Source: an uncultured Actinomycetes bacterium
GTDB lineage: Bacteria > Actinomycetota > UBA4738 > HRBIN12
Length of the DNA stretch: 64,000 nt
Direction: 5' to 3'
NCBI GenBank assembly: GCA_963704885.1
Contig: CAVPIB010000004.1
Span: 608,001-672,000, forward strand
Shown here piece after piece: positions 11,541 to 20,137 of the stretch. The stretch's first letter is position 1. The number at the start of each line of letters is the position of its first letter. The notes under the pieces are model-generated. The model was not told where the DNA came from. It did not search any database and saw nothing but the letters and a program-made list of their open reading frames with translations. Both the position numbers and the translations under genes were made by a program.

Positions 11541-12151
11541 GCTCCTCCCCCCGCGGCCTCAGAACCGGAGGCGGCGGGTCCGTACAGCCCGATCACAAGG
11601 CGCTCGAGCCACGTCTCCAGCTCCCACGCCGTGGCGCGGTAGGCCTCGAACGGCTGGCCCAGCGGATCGGCCACGTCGTCGTCCCGAGATCTCGGCAACG
11701 CGCCGGCTCGGCGGGCCTGGTCGGCCGCCGCTACCCGCGCGGCAAGGGTGGCCGGACCCGCGTGAAGTTCGGGCGCGCGAAGGGTCTCCAACAGCCGGAC
11801 CAGCTCCTTCATGGTGAAGGCTCGGGAGGCGAGCTCGGGTCCCGATCGCGCCAACAGCTCGCGATGGTCCGTCGCCATGCACAGCAGTAGGTCGGCCTGG
11901 CTCGTCACCGGGACGGTGATGCGGCGCGCACGGTGCCCAGCGATGTCGCTCCCCAGCTCGCGGGCCGCCTCCACCCCTTCCGGCGTGGCCTCTGAACCTT
12001 CCAGGCCCATGGTCCCCGCCGAGGAAACCGCAGGCGCCGCGTCCCCGAAACGGGCGCTCAGGGCGGCCCGTAGGAACCCCTCGGCCATCGGCGAGCGGCA
12101 GATGTTGCCCGTACAGACCACGAGGATGGATGTCATTCGCGAGGGCGTCAC
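11537..12151 (-). CDS. Low-molecular-weight protein phosphatase (LMW-PTP/YwlE family)
   Basis: VCTGNICRSPMAE P-loop, SSAG and DVADP motifs. Confidence 0.9.
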   Translation of the reverse strand: MTPSRMTSILVVCTGNICRSPMAEGFLRAALSARFGDAAPAVSSAGTMGLEGSEATPEGVEAARELGSDIAGHRARRITVPVTSQADLLLCMATDHRELLARSGPELASRAFTMKELVRLLETLRAPELHAGPATLAARVAAADQARRAGALPRSRDDDVADPLGQPFEAYRATAWELETWLERLVIGLYGPAASGSEAAGGGA

Positions 12152-12777
12152 CCTGAAGGGGGCGAGTCTAACAGCGGCACCTCGAGCCCTATGAGCTGCG
12201 CGACCTCAAGCGCATCGACGGCGCCGAGGCGGAGCAGACGCGCGTCGCCGTGGGCCAGGTCGAGCACGGTGGAAGCCACTCCCCGACTCCGGTCATCGAG
12301 ACACAGATACACGGCCACCTGGTCTCCGAAGACGGCCTGGAGTTCGTCGCAGGTCCCCGCCGGTGGCTCTCCCGAGAGGTTGGCGCTCGTCACCGCGAGC
12401 GGCCCCGTGAGCTCGAGCAACGCGAGCGCCAGGGCATGTCTGGGGACACGAACGCCGATCGAGTCGGCATCCGCGCCGAGCCCCCAAGCGCCGGAGGCCT
12501 CCGATCTGGGCAATATCAGCGTGAGCGCCCCCGGCCAGAGCGCCGACGCCACGCGGTCTGCGATGTCGTCGAAACGTGCCACGCCCCGTGCCGCCTCCAC
12601 AGAAGGAACCAGGATCGGCAGGGACAGGCCCCTCGGGCGCCGCTTGGCATCGAAGATCCGTGCCGTTGCGGCCGGATCGTCCGGGCGCGCGGCGAGTCCG
12701 TAGACGGTATCGGTGGGGAGTACGACCAGCTCGCCCTCGCGGAGCGCTTCCGCCGCGTCCACGAGCGCGTGCATCAC
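12148..12777 (-). CDS. tsaC: L-threonylcarbamoyladenylate synthase (Sua5/YrdC/YwlC)
   Basis: PTDTVYGL, KRRP, WPGALTL, TSANLSG. Confidence 0.93.
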   Translation of the reverse strand: MMHALVDAAEALREGELVVLPTDTVYGLAARPDDPAATARIFDAKRRPRGLSLPILVPSVEAARGVARFDDIADRVASALWPGALTLILPRSEASGAWGLGADADSIGVRVPRHALALALLELTGPLAVTSANLSGEPPAGTCDELQAVFGDQVAVYLCLDDRSRGVASTVLDLAHGDARLLRLGAVDALEVAQLIGLEVPLLDSPPSG

Positions 12778-13607
12778 GGCGTCCGCGCCGTGATCAGGCG
12801 GTCTCGGCCTGTCAGGTCGGGCAGGATCCGAGCAGCGACGAGCCCTGCCGCCTCGGCGATATCACCCACCGCGTCGGCGCTATGCTCCTCGATCTCCGCA
12901 ACCACCGCACCACCCGGTCTGAGAACATGGACCGCGCCCGCGAACAACCGCCGGTAGATCTCGGCCCCCCCCACGAGCGCCAGCTCCGGGTCTCCACGGA
13001 CGTCGCACGGGAGCTCTGGGAGTTCCTCCACATCGATGTAAGGGGGGTTGCTCACCACTAGATCGACGCTGCCTGACATCTCGCTCGGCAACGGCTCGAA
13101 CAGATCGCCTTGCAGCAACCCTATCTCCAGGTGCAGCCTGGTCGCGTTCTCCGCCGCAAGCGCGATCGCCTCCGGAGAGATGTCTATCGCCGTCACCCGG
13201 GCGTCGGAGCGTTCATCCTTCACGGCGAGCGCGATCGCGCCCGTGCCGGTCCCGACGTCGATCACGACCGGTTCCTCGAGGCCCTCGATGGATGCGAGCG
13301 CGTAATCCACGACCACCTCCGTCTCGGGACGAGGGATGAACACACCCGGCCGCACCGCGAGCGTCAGGCGACGGAACGCCTGCTCGCCGGTCAGATGTTG
13401 GAGCGGCGTTCCAACGCATCGCCGGCAGAGCGCGCGACCGAAGCGCCGCGCCTCTGGGCCGGAGAGACCGCGATCCGAAGCGTAGAGCCCGGCGCGATCG
13501 GTTCGCAGCACATGCGCCAGCAACACCTCGGCCTCTACCAGCGGGCTCTCCACGTCGTGACGTTCCAGGTACGCCGCCGCGCGGCGGACGATCTCAGCGG
13601 GACGCAC
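12774..13607 (-). CDS. prmC: Release factor glutamine methyltransferase
   Basis: VFIPRPETE, DVGTGTGAI, NPPY; directly follows prfA. Confidence 0.96.
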   Translation of the reverse strand: MRPAEIVRRAAAYLERHDVESPLVEAEVLLAHVLRTDRAGLYASDRGLSGPEARRFGRALCRRCVGTPLQHLTGEQAFRRLTLAVRPGVFIPRPETEVVVDYALASIEGLEEPVVIDVGTGTGAIALAVKDERSDARVTAIDISPEAIALAAENATRLHLEIGLLQGDLFEPLPSEMSGSVDLVVSNPPYIDVEELPELPCDVRGDPELALVGGAEIYRRLFAGAVHVLRPGGAVVAEIEEHSADAVGDIAEAAGLVAARILPDLTGRDRLITARTP

Positions 13608-13611
13608 CGGC

Positions 13612-14706
13612 TCAACCCTGCTCGTCGCGGCCCGCCAACTGGTCGGCCCGCTCCGCCGAACGCAGCAGGTCGATGAACCCGTCGAGCTCCTCGCCGCCCG
13701 TGAGCACTTCCTGTAGCTGGTGCGAGGTGTGCTTGATCCGGTGATCGGTCACGCGGCCCTCGGGGAAGTTGTAGGTCCGGATCTTCTCTGCCCGCTCGCC
13801 GGTGCCTACCTGAGAACGGCGGCTGGCGGCCTCCTTCGCCTGAGCCTCGTCCTGCGCCCGCTGGAGCAGCCGCGCGCGGAGGTACCGCATCGCCTTCTCG
13901 CGGTTCTGGAGCTGCGACCTCTCCTCTTGACACTCCACCTTGATGCCCGTCGGCTTGTGCACGATCCGAACCGCGGAGTCCGTCGTGTTCACGGACTGCC
14001 CCCCGGGGCCAGACGAGCGATAGACGTCGATCTGGATGTCCTCGGCCCGGATCTCGATCTCGACCTCCTCGGCCTCGGGGAGGACCGCCACAGTCGCTGT
14101 CGAGGTGTGGATCCTGCCCGCCGACTCCGTGACAGGCACTCGCTGGACCCGATGGACGCCCGACTCGTGCTTCAGGCGGGCGTAGGCGTCCTTGCCTCTG
14201 ACCTCGACGACGGCCTCCTTGAAACCGCCAACCTCCGCCTCAGACGCCGAGAGAACCTCGGTCTTCCAGCGATGCCGCTCCGCCAACCGTCGGTACATCT
14301 CGAAGAGCTCACCTGCCCACAGCGCGGCCTCCTGTCCCCCGGCCCCCGCGCGGATCTCGACGATCACGTCCTTCCCGTCGTTCGGATCCTTCGGCACCAG
14401 CAGCACTTCGAGCTTCCCGCGCAGCTCATCGACCCGTGCTTGCGCGGTCTCAGCCTCATCGCGAAGGAAGGCGGCCATGTCCGCGTCGGGCTCTCTCGAG
14501 GCCATCTCCCGCGCCTCCTCGGCCTGACGCGATGCGTCGATGTACTCGCGATACGGTCGGACGATCTCGTCCAGCTCGGCGAACGACTGCCCGAGGGTCC
14601 GGAACCGATCCTGGTCCGCAGCCACGTTGGGAGCGGCCAGCTCTTGCGAGACGGCTTCGTAGCGAGATTCGATCTCCGCCAGACGTGCATCGAGGGACTC
14701 GGCCAT
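13612..14706 (-). CDS. prfA: Peptide chain release factor 1
   Basis: GVHRVQRVPVTE (PxT), GPGGQSVN, IRTYNFP. Confidence 0.98.
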   Translation of the reverse strand: MAESLDARLAEIESRYEAVSQELAAPNVAADQDRFRTLGQSFAELDEIVRPYREYIDASRQAEEAREMASREPDADMAAFLRDEAETAQARVDELRGKLEVLLVPKDPNDGKDVIVEIRAGAGGQEAALWAGELFEMYRRLAERHRWKTEVLSASEAEVGGFKEAVVEVRGKDAYARLKHESGVHRVQRVPVTESAGRIHTSTATVAVLPEAEEVEIEIRAEDIQIDVYRSSGPGGQSVNTTDSAVRIVHKPTGIKVECQEERSQLQNREKAMRYLRARLLQRAQDEAQAKEAASRRSQVGTGERAEKIRTYNFPEGRVTDHRIKHTSHQLQEVLTGGEELDGFIDLLRSAERADQLAGRDEQG

Positions 14707-14767
14707 GACTGGATTATCCCGGACGCGCCGAGAACCTCACCGGAGAGGCACGAGCGCCGGCGAGCGG

Positions 14768-15535
14768 CTACTCCTCGTCTTCCTCCGACTCGAAGTCGAG
14801 CTCGAGCGGCGGGATGGCCGGCATCTCGATCGCCTCGTCGGAGAGCATGCCCTCCAGGCTGTCGACGGGGTCGCTCGTCTCTTCGTGATCGTCGGCCGCG
14901 GCAGGTGGGTCGGCGGGTGCGGCGGCGACCGCCGTCTCGCGGCTCCGGCCTGTCTCCTTCTTCGTCTCCTTGGCGAGGACGGGCTCGTCGATCGCCACCT
15001 CGAGCTCCTTCGCCACACCGATCAGACGCGACTGCATCTCCTGCAGATGCTGGACCAGGTCCTCCCTGCGTGCCGAGAGCCCGACCAACACGCGATCGGA
15101 CTCCTGTTTGGCCTTCTCCAGCAGCTCGTTGCCCTCCTGCCGCGCCTCCTCGGCTCGCGCCTGGGCGTCCACCCGGATGCGATCGGCTTCGGTTCGGGCC
15201 TCGTTCAGCATGCGGGCGGCGTCGGCCCGAGCCTCGACCAGGATCCCCTCAGCCTCTTGGTCGGCCGTGGCGAGGAGCGTGGTCAGGCGCTTCGAGAGTC
15301 GCTCGTAGGGATCGTCAGAGGGCGGCGGGCCGGGCGGTGCACCGGATGGGCCGCTCGCTCCCTCAGCCAACCTTGCCTCGCGCAGCTGGCTCTCGAGTCC
15401 CTCGACCTGCTCCGCGACCTGCGCCAGATAGTCGCGGACCTGGTCGGGATCGTAGCCTCGACGGACGGACGCGAACTCGCGGCGACGGATCTGTGCGGCG
15501 CTCGGAAGGAACGGTAGATCGATATCGGTGGCCAT
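14768..15535 (-). CDS. DivIVA-domain coiled-coil protein
   Basis: IRRREFASVRRGYDPDQVRDYL N-terminal DivIVA signature, then a coiled coil and an acidic tail; start chosen at MATDIDL after GGAGG. Confidence 0.8.
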   Translation of the reverse strand: MATDIDLPFLPSAAQIRRREFASVRRGYDPDQVRDYLAQVAEQVEGLESQLREARLAEGASGPSGAPPGPPPSDDPYERLSKRLTTLLATADQEAEGILVEARADAARMLNEARTEADRIRVDAQARAEEARQEGNELLEKAKQESDRVLVGLSARREDLVQHLQEMQSRLIGVAKELEVAIDEPVLAKETKKETGRSRETAVAAAPADPPAAADDHEETSDPVDSLEGMLSDEAIEMPAIPPLELDFESEEDEE

Positions 15536-15633
15536 CGGACAACCTCCCGGGGTCGTCGGGTAACGACCCATCTTCAAGGGGCCGATCCCAAGATGCAACG
15601 ACCCTAAGTCGGGAGTATCGGCAGGTCAGGGCG

Positions 15634-16536
15634 TCAGCTGGAGGACTCAGCGGCCTCGGCCTCACGGCGCAAGACCTCGGAGAACGAGCTGATCGCCACC
15701 TGGATCTGCCCCTTATCGGGCGGCTGGGTCGTGATCCGCTGAAGCCACAGACCGGGAGCCATCAACACGCGCATGCCCCCGGAGGACTCGAACCGGGCTC
15801 CCAGACGCAGGGCCTCGTAGGCCAGGCCCGCGATCAAAGGGATGGCCAGGATCCGGGACCCGATCCGCCACCAGATCCCCGGTGTTCCGAACAGCGTGAA
15901 GACGAAGATCGTGATGATCATGACGATGATCAGGAAGTTCGTGCCGCAGCGAACGTGCACGGTGGAGTACCGATCCACGTTGTCGGGGTCCAGCGTCTCG
16001 CCGTGCTCGTAGGCGGCGATGGTCTTGTGCTCGGCGCCGTGGTACTCGAACACCCGGTGGATGTCCTTCGTCCGACCTATCAGCCACAGGTAACCCACGA
16101 AGAGCGCCACACGGAACAAGCCCTCGAGGATGTTAGTGAGCAAGCCGGCTCCCACCTCCCGATGGACCCACGCGAAGAGCACGGTCGGGCCCAGGATGAA
16201 GACGCCCACGAAGAGGACCATCGCGAAAGCTAGGGCCAATCCCACCTGGCGGGACGTCAGTTGCTCGTCCTCCTCCATGGATTGGTTGGTGGCGATCAGC
16301 AGCGCGCGGGTGCCTATCGCGAGCGACTGACCCAGCACGATGATCCCGCGGAGGAAGGGCTTGGCCAGGAGCGGGTGACGCTTGGCTATCGAATCGATGG
16401 AGTGGGATTCGACGTAGATGTCACCGGCGGGCTTCCGAACCGCGACAGCCCAGTGGTGGGCGCCACGCATCATGACGCCTTCGACCACGGCCTGTCCGCC
16501 GTAGAGATGCGCCGACGCCGGAGAGCGTTCGGTCAC
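15634..16536 (-). CDS. DUF1385 family membrane protein
   Basis: GGQAVVEGVMMR, FEYHGAEHK, HVRCGTNF motifs. Confidence 0.9.
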   Translation of the reverse strand: MTERSPASAHLYGGQAVVEGVMMRGAHHWAVAVRKPAGDIYVESHSIDSIAKRHPLLAKPFLRGIIVLGQSLAIGTRALLIATNQSMEEDEQLTSRQVGLALAFAMVLFVGVFILGPTVLFAWVHREVGAGLLTNILEGLFRVALFVGYLWLIGRTKDIHRVFEYHGAEHKTIAAYEHGETLDPDNVDRYSTVHVRCGTNFLIIVMIITIFVFTLFGTPGIWWRIGSRILAIPLIAGLAYEALRLGARFESSGGMRVLMAPGLWLQRITTQPPDKGQIQVAISSFSEVLRREAEAAESSS

Positions 16537-16552
16537 GATGCCGTGCGGGCGA

Positions 16553-16771
16553 TCAGCTGGACGAACCCGGCTGGGTCTTGGCGTACCGCCGCTGGAACCG
16601 CTCGACGCGGCCGCCCGCGTCCATGAGCTTCTGCTTGCCCGTGTAGAACGGGTGGCAGTTCGAGCAGATGTCCGAGCGGATCTCGCTCACCGTGGAGCGC
16701 GTCTGGAACGTGTTGCCGCACGAGCAGTGCACGTTCGCGATCTGGTATTCGGGATGGATGCCTTGCTTCAT
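16553..16771 (-). CDS. rpmE: 50S ribosomal protein L31 (Zn-binding type)
   Basis: [26 protein letters not shown]. Confidence 0.97.
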   Translation of the reverse strand: MKQGIHPEYQIANVHCSCGNTFQTRSTVSEIRSDICSNCHPFYTGKQKLMDAGGRVERFQRRYAKTQPGSSS

Positions 16772-16802
16772 GCTCTCGTCTCCTCTCGGGCGGCCCAGCC
16801 TA

Positions 16803-18507
16803 CTAGTTGCCGGACGGCGCCTTCGCGATCTCCTTCAGGAACTGCTCGTTCGACTTGGTCGCGCGGATCTTGTCCGTCAGGAGCTCCAACGCCGCGCCCG
16901 GCTCCAGCGCGTGTAGCACGCGGCGGAGCTTGACGACGAGTGCCAATTCTTCGGGCGGCATGAGGAGCTCCTCCTTGCGGGTGCCCGAGGCGTCGACGTT
17001 GATGGCCGGGAACAACCGCTTCTCCGCTAGTGAACGATCCAAACGAAGCTCCATGTTCCCGGTGCCCTTGAACTCCTCGAAGATGACCTCGTCCATGCGG
17101 GAACCGGTCTCAACGAGCGCGCTCGCGATGATGGTGAGCGACCCGCCCTCCTCGATGTTCCGCGCCGCCCCGAAGAACCGCTTCGGCGGGTAGAGCGCGG
17201 TGGAGTCCACGCCACCGGACAAGATCTTGCCGGAAGCCGGTGCGGCCAGGTTGTAGGCGCGAGCTAGGCGCGTCACCGAGTCGAGGAGGATAGCGACGTC
17301 CTGGCCCATCTCGGCGAGACGGCGGGAACGTTCCAGCACGAGCTCAGTCACCTGGATGTGCTGGTCGGCCGGCTTGTCGAACGTGGAGTACACGACCTCG
17401 GCCGCCTCAACGGTCCTCTGCCAGTCCGTGACCTCCTCGGGCCGCTCGTCGACCAGAAGGACGATCACGTGCGTATCGGGGCTCGACGCGATGATGCCGT
17501 TCGCGATCTGCTTGAGGATGGTCGTCTTGCCGGCCTTCGGTGGCGACACCACCATCCCCCGCTGACCCTTCCCGATAGGTGCGACCATATCGATGATCCG
17601 CTGCGCCACCTCGAGCGGACCACCTTCCAGCCGGAACCGCTCGTCGGGGAACAACGGCGTTAGCTTGTCGAAGTTCGGGCGGGCGCGGGCCGCCTCGACG
17701 TCGAGGCCGTTAACCGAGTCCAGGTCGAGCAGAGCGAAGTACTTCTCGCTGTCCTTCGGCCGGCGCACCTTGCCGGCCACCGTGTCACCCTTGCGGAGTG
17801 CGAACCGCCGAACCTGCGACAGGGAAACATAGATGTCCTCGGGCCCGGGCAGATACCCGGACGTTCGAAGGAACCCATAGCCCTCGGGAAGGATGTCCAG
17901 CAGACCGGTCAGGACCGGCGCGTTCTGCATCTCCTCCGCCCGCTCCTGTTCCTCGCGGACCCTTCGCTCCTCTCGCGAGCGGCGTCGATCCTCACGCGAA
18001 GGGCGCGGACGTCGATCGCGACCGTCCTGGGTTCGGTCGCCCTGGGTTCGGTCGCCCTGGGTTCGGTCGCCCTGGGTTCGGTCGCCCTGGGTTCGGTCGC
18101 CCTGGGGCCGATCGCCTGGGTTCGGTCGCCTGGGGCCGATCGCCCTGCGTTCGGTCGCCTTGGGGACGATCCACCTGCGACCGCTGATCGCGAGGACGAT
18201 CCTCGCTGGGACCTCGCTCGCGAGGGCGATCCTGCTGAGATCCTTCGTCTTGGCCCTCACCGGATCGGTCCGTTCGAACCTCACCGTTCATCACCTCGGC
18301 GCCCTCGTCGTCGGACGGACTCGCCACGGGCTCGGTCGGCGCGCGTGCGGCCGGTGTTTCATCAGAACCGGAGCCCGACACGATCGCGTCGATCAGGCCG
18401 GCCTTGCGCAGCTTCTGGGCACCTTCGATGCCCAAGCTCTGCGCGATCTGCTGCAATTCGGGGATCAGTTTCCCCTCCAGGACGCTGCGGTCAATCGTCG
18501 TATCCAT
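16803..18507 (-). CDS. rho: Transcription termination factor Rho with repetitive N-terminal insertion; apparent frameshifts within the repeat near 18115-18130
   Basis: Rho_N segment [18 protein letters not shown] (ORF 17992..18507) joins [33 protein letters not shown] (ORF 16803..18284). Confidence 0.96.
18027..18165. repeat. 15-bp tandem repeat (CCCTGGGTTCGGTCG, about 9 units, the first five near-perfect) encoding [10 protein letters not shown] inside rho
   Basis: Directly visible tandem array; two units lack one C, which accounts for the frame break. Confidence 0.9.
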
Positions 18508-18511
18508 GAGG

Positions 18512-19174
18512 CTATGCCTCTCCCTTCAACTCGTTCTGAAGCTTGGTCCAGTCGGCCTGGAACTTCTCCAGACCGAGGTCGGTGAGTGGGTGCTTCACCA
18601 GCTTGGTGAAGACGTCGTAGGGCATCGTGGCGATATCGGCGCCTGCGAGCGCCGCATCGATCACGTGCATCGGGTGGCGGAGCGACGCCGCCAATACGTT
18701 CGTCTGGTAGCCCTGCATCTGATAGACCTCGCAGATCTGCCGGAGCAAGAACATGCCGTCGCTCCCCACATCGTCGAGACGGCCGAGGAACGGGGAGACG
18801 ATGTACGCGCCGATCTCGGCCGCGAGGATCGCCTGCGCCGGTGAGAACACCAGCGTGACGTTGATCCGGATACCTTCATCGGTCAGCCGCTTCCCGCACT
18901 GAAGCCCGTCCGGAGTCATCGGCACCTTCACGACGACGTTCGACGCCTTCAGTGAAAGCCGGACGCCCTCCTCGTACATGGCGTCTGCCTGCGGCTGGGT
19001 GGTCTCGAGCGAGATGTCGCCGTCGACCTCGTCCAGGATCAGCTTCCATACCGCGTCTGGGTCCTCGTTCTCCCTCGCCACGAGCGACGGGTTCGTGGTG
19101 ACACCCTTCAAGACGCCCCAACGGTTGATCTCGCGGATCTCCTCGATGCTCGCGGTGTCGAGGAACAACCTCAT
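18512..19174 (-). CDS. tal: Transaldolase, TalC/FSA family
   Basis: FLDTA, GVTTNPSL, VVVKVP, NVTLVFS, SPFLGRLDD, AASLRHP. Confidence 0.9.
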   Translation of the reverse strand: MRLFLDTASIEEIREINRWGVLKGVTTNPSLVARENEDPDAVWKLILDEVDGDISLETTQPQADAMYEEGVRLSLKASNVVVKVPMTPDGLQCGKRLTDEGIRINVTLVFSPAQAILAAEIGAYIVSPFLGRLDDVGSDGMFLLRQICEVYQMQGYQTNVLAASLRHPMHVIDAALAGADIATMPYDVFTKLVKHPLTDLGLEKFQADWTKLQNELKGEA

Positions 19175-20133
19175 GTCGTCTGTCCTTTCAGTACGGGCTC
19201 GGCGCCGGCGGCCTCCTCGACCGCACGCGCCGTGGTGCGTTCCATGACCAGGTCGATAACAGCGGCGATCGACTGGTCGAATCCGTAGTTGGGGATGATC
19301 GGCACGTCGTGCGCGAGTGCCTGGCTCTTCACATAGGACTGGAGTCGCCGGATGTTGTCGAAGCCCTTCGCGTAGCGCCGCGCCGGCCGAGCGGCTATCG
19401 CATCCTCACGTGCCCCGAAATGGGAGCGATGGCGCTCCACATCGTCCACGGAGATGACGAACGGTACCGCCAGGATCCTGCCGGCGAACGCCTTCAGGTC
19501 GAAGAACCCCGGCACCACGTGCGCGCCTTCGATGATGATGCTGGTCCCCTCCAGGGCGGCACGTTCGATCAGGGCGTTGATCCCGACCGCGACGGCAGCC
19601 GTCTGCTCGCGGAAACCCACGATCAACGGATCGGCCGAACGCGTGGGGGGCTCGCGGAGCGCGACGTCGGCCTCGAAGGACGAGGTATGCAGCGTGGGCA
19701 TCAACTCCGGAGAGAACATCGAGCGCATGACCTCGCGGATGGCATCGGTAGCCACGAAGCGCACGATCCCAAGTCGGGCGGCCAGCTGTGTAGCGATCGT
19801 TGACTTGCCGACCCCGGTGGCACCGCCTATCAGGATCACGATCGGGACATCCAGCTTCTCGACCTCGCGCCAGCGAAGGAAGTTCTTCGCATAGCGATCG
19901 CCCGCGAGGTGAGTCAGCACTTCGAGCGCCAGCTCGGCGAGCTCGTCCGTGGTGAGGGAGGTGGAACCACGCTCACGCAGTCGATCTTCGATCTCCTCGG
20001 CCACCTGGTAGGCCCTGAACGGCGAGAGGCCGGTGACCATGACTTGCGAAGCCATGAGCCCCTTGGAGTACGGCAGCCCAGGCTCGCGATCCGAGATCAC
20101 GATGTGAGGGGTCTTGCTTCCCTTCTCTGTCAC
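19171..20133 (-). CDS. pgk2: 2-phosphoglycerate kinase (archaeal type, ATP-cone-like N-terminus + P-loop)
   Basis: PYSKGLMA...AYQVAEEI N-terminus, LIGGATGVGKSTIA Walker A, TDAIREVMR, PTLHTSSF, IIIEGAHVVPG; start GTG 20133 after GAGG, 4 nt downstream of cpgS. Confidence 0.85.
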   Translation of the reverse strand: MTEKGSKTPHIVISDREPGLPYSKGLMASQVMVTGLSPFRAYQVAEEIEDRLRERGSTSLTTDELAELALEVLTHLAGDRYAKNFLRWREVEKLDVPIVILIGGATGVGKSTIATQLAARLGIVRFVATDAIREVMRSMFSPELMPTLHTSSFEADVALREPPTRSADPLIVGFREQTAAVAVGINALIERAALEGTSIIIEGAHVVPGFFDLKAFAGRILAVPFVISVDDVERHRSHFGAREDAIAARPARRYAKGFDNIRRLQSYVKSQALAHDVPIIPNYGFDQSIAAVIDLVMERTTARAVEEAAGAEPVLKGQTT

Positions 20134-20137
20134 GCCT

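Noticed and set aside
4146-15631. GCAGGTCAGGG seen at ~4147 and ~15621 in intergenic DNA
   Set aside because: Short, GC-rich and only two clear copies; cannot be distinguished from background without genome-wide counts.
13720-16233. 837-aa plus-strand ORF
   Set aside because: Arg/Pro-rich shadow antisense to prfA, the DivIVA-domain gene and DUF1385; no motifs.
18027-18165. Repeat array considered as a CRISPR
   Set aside because: 15-bp head-to-tail units with no unique spacers, inside rho; no cas genes in the window.
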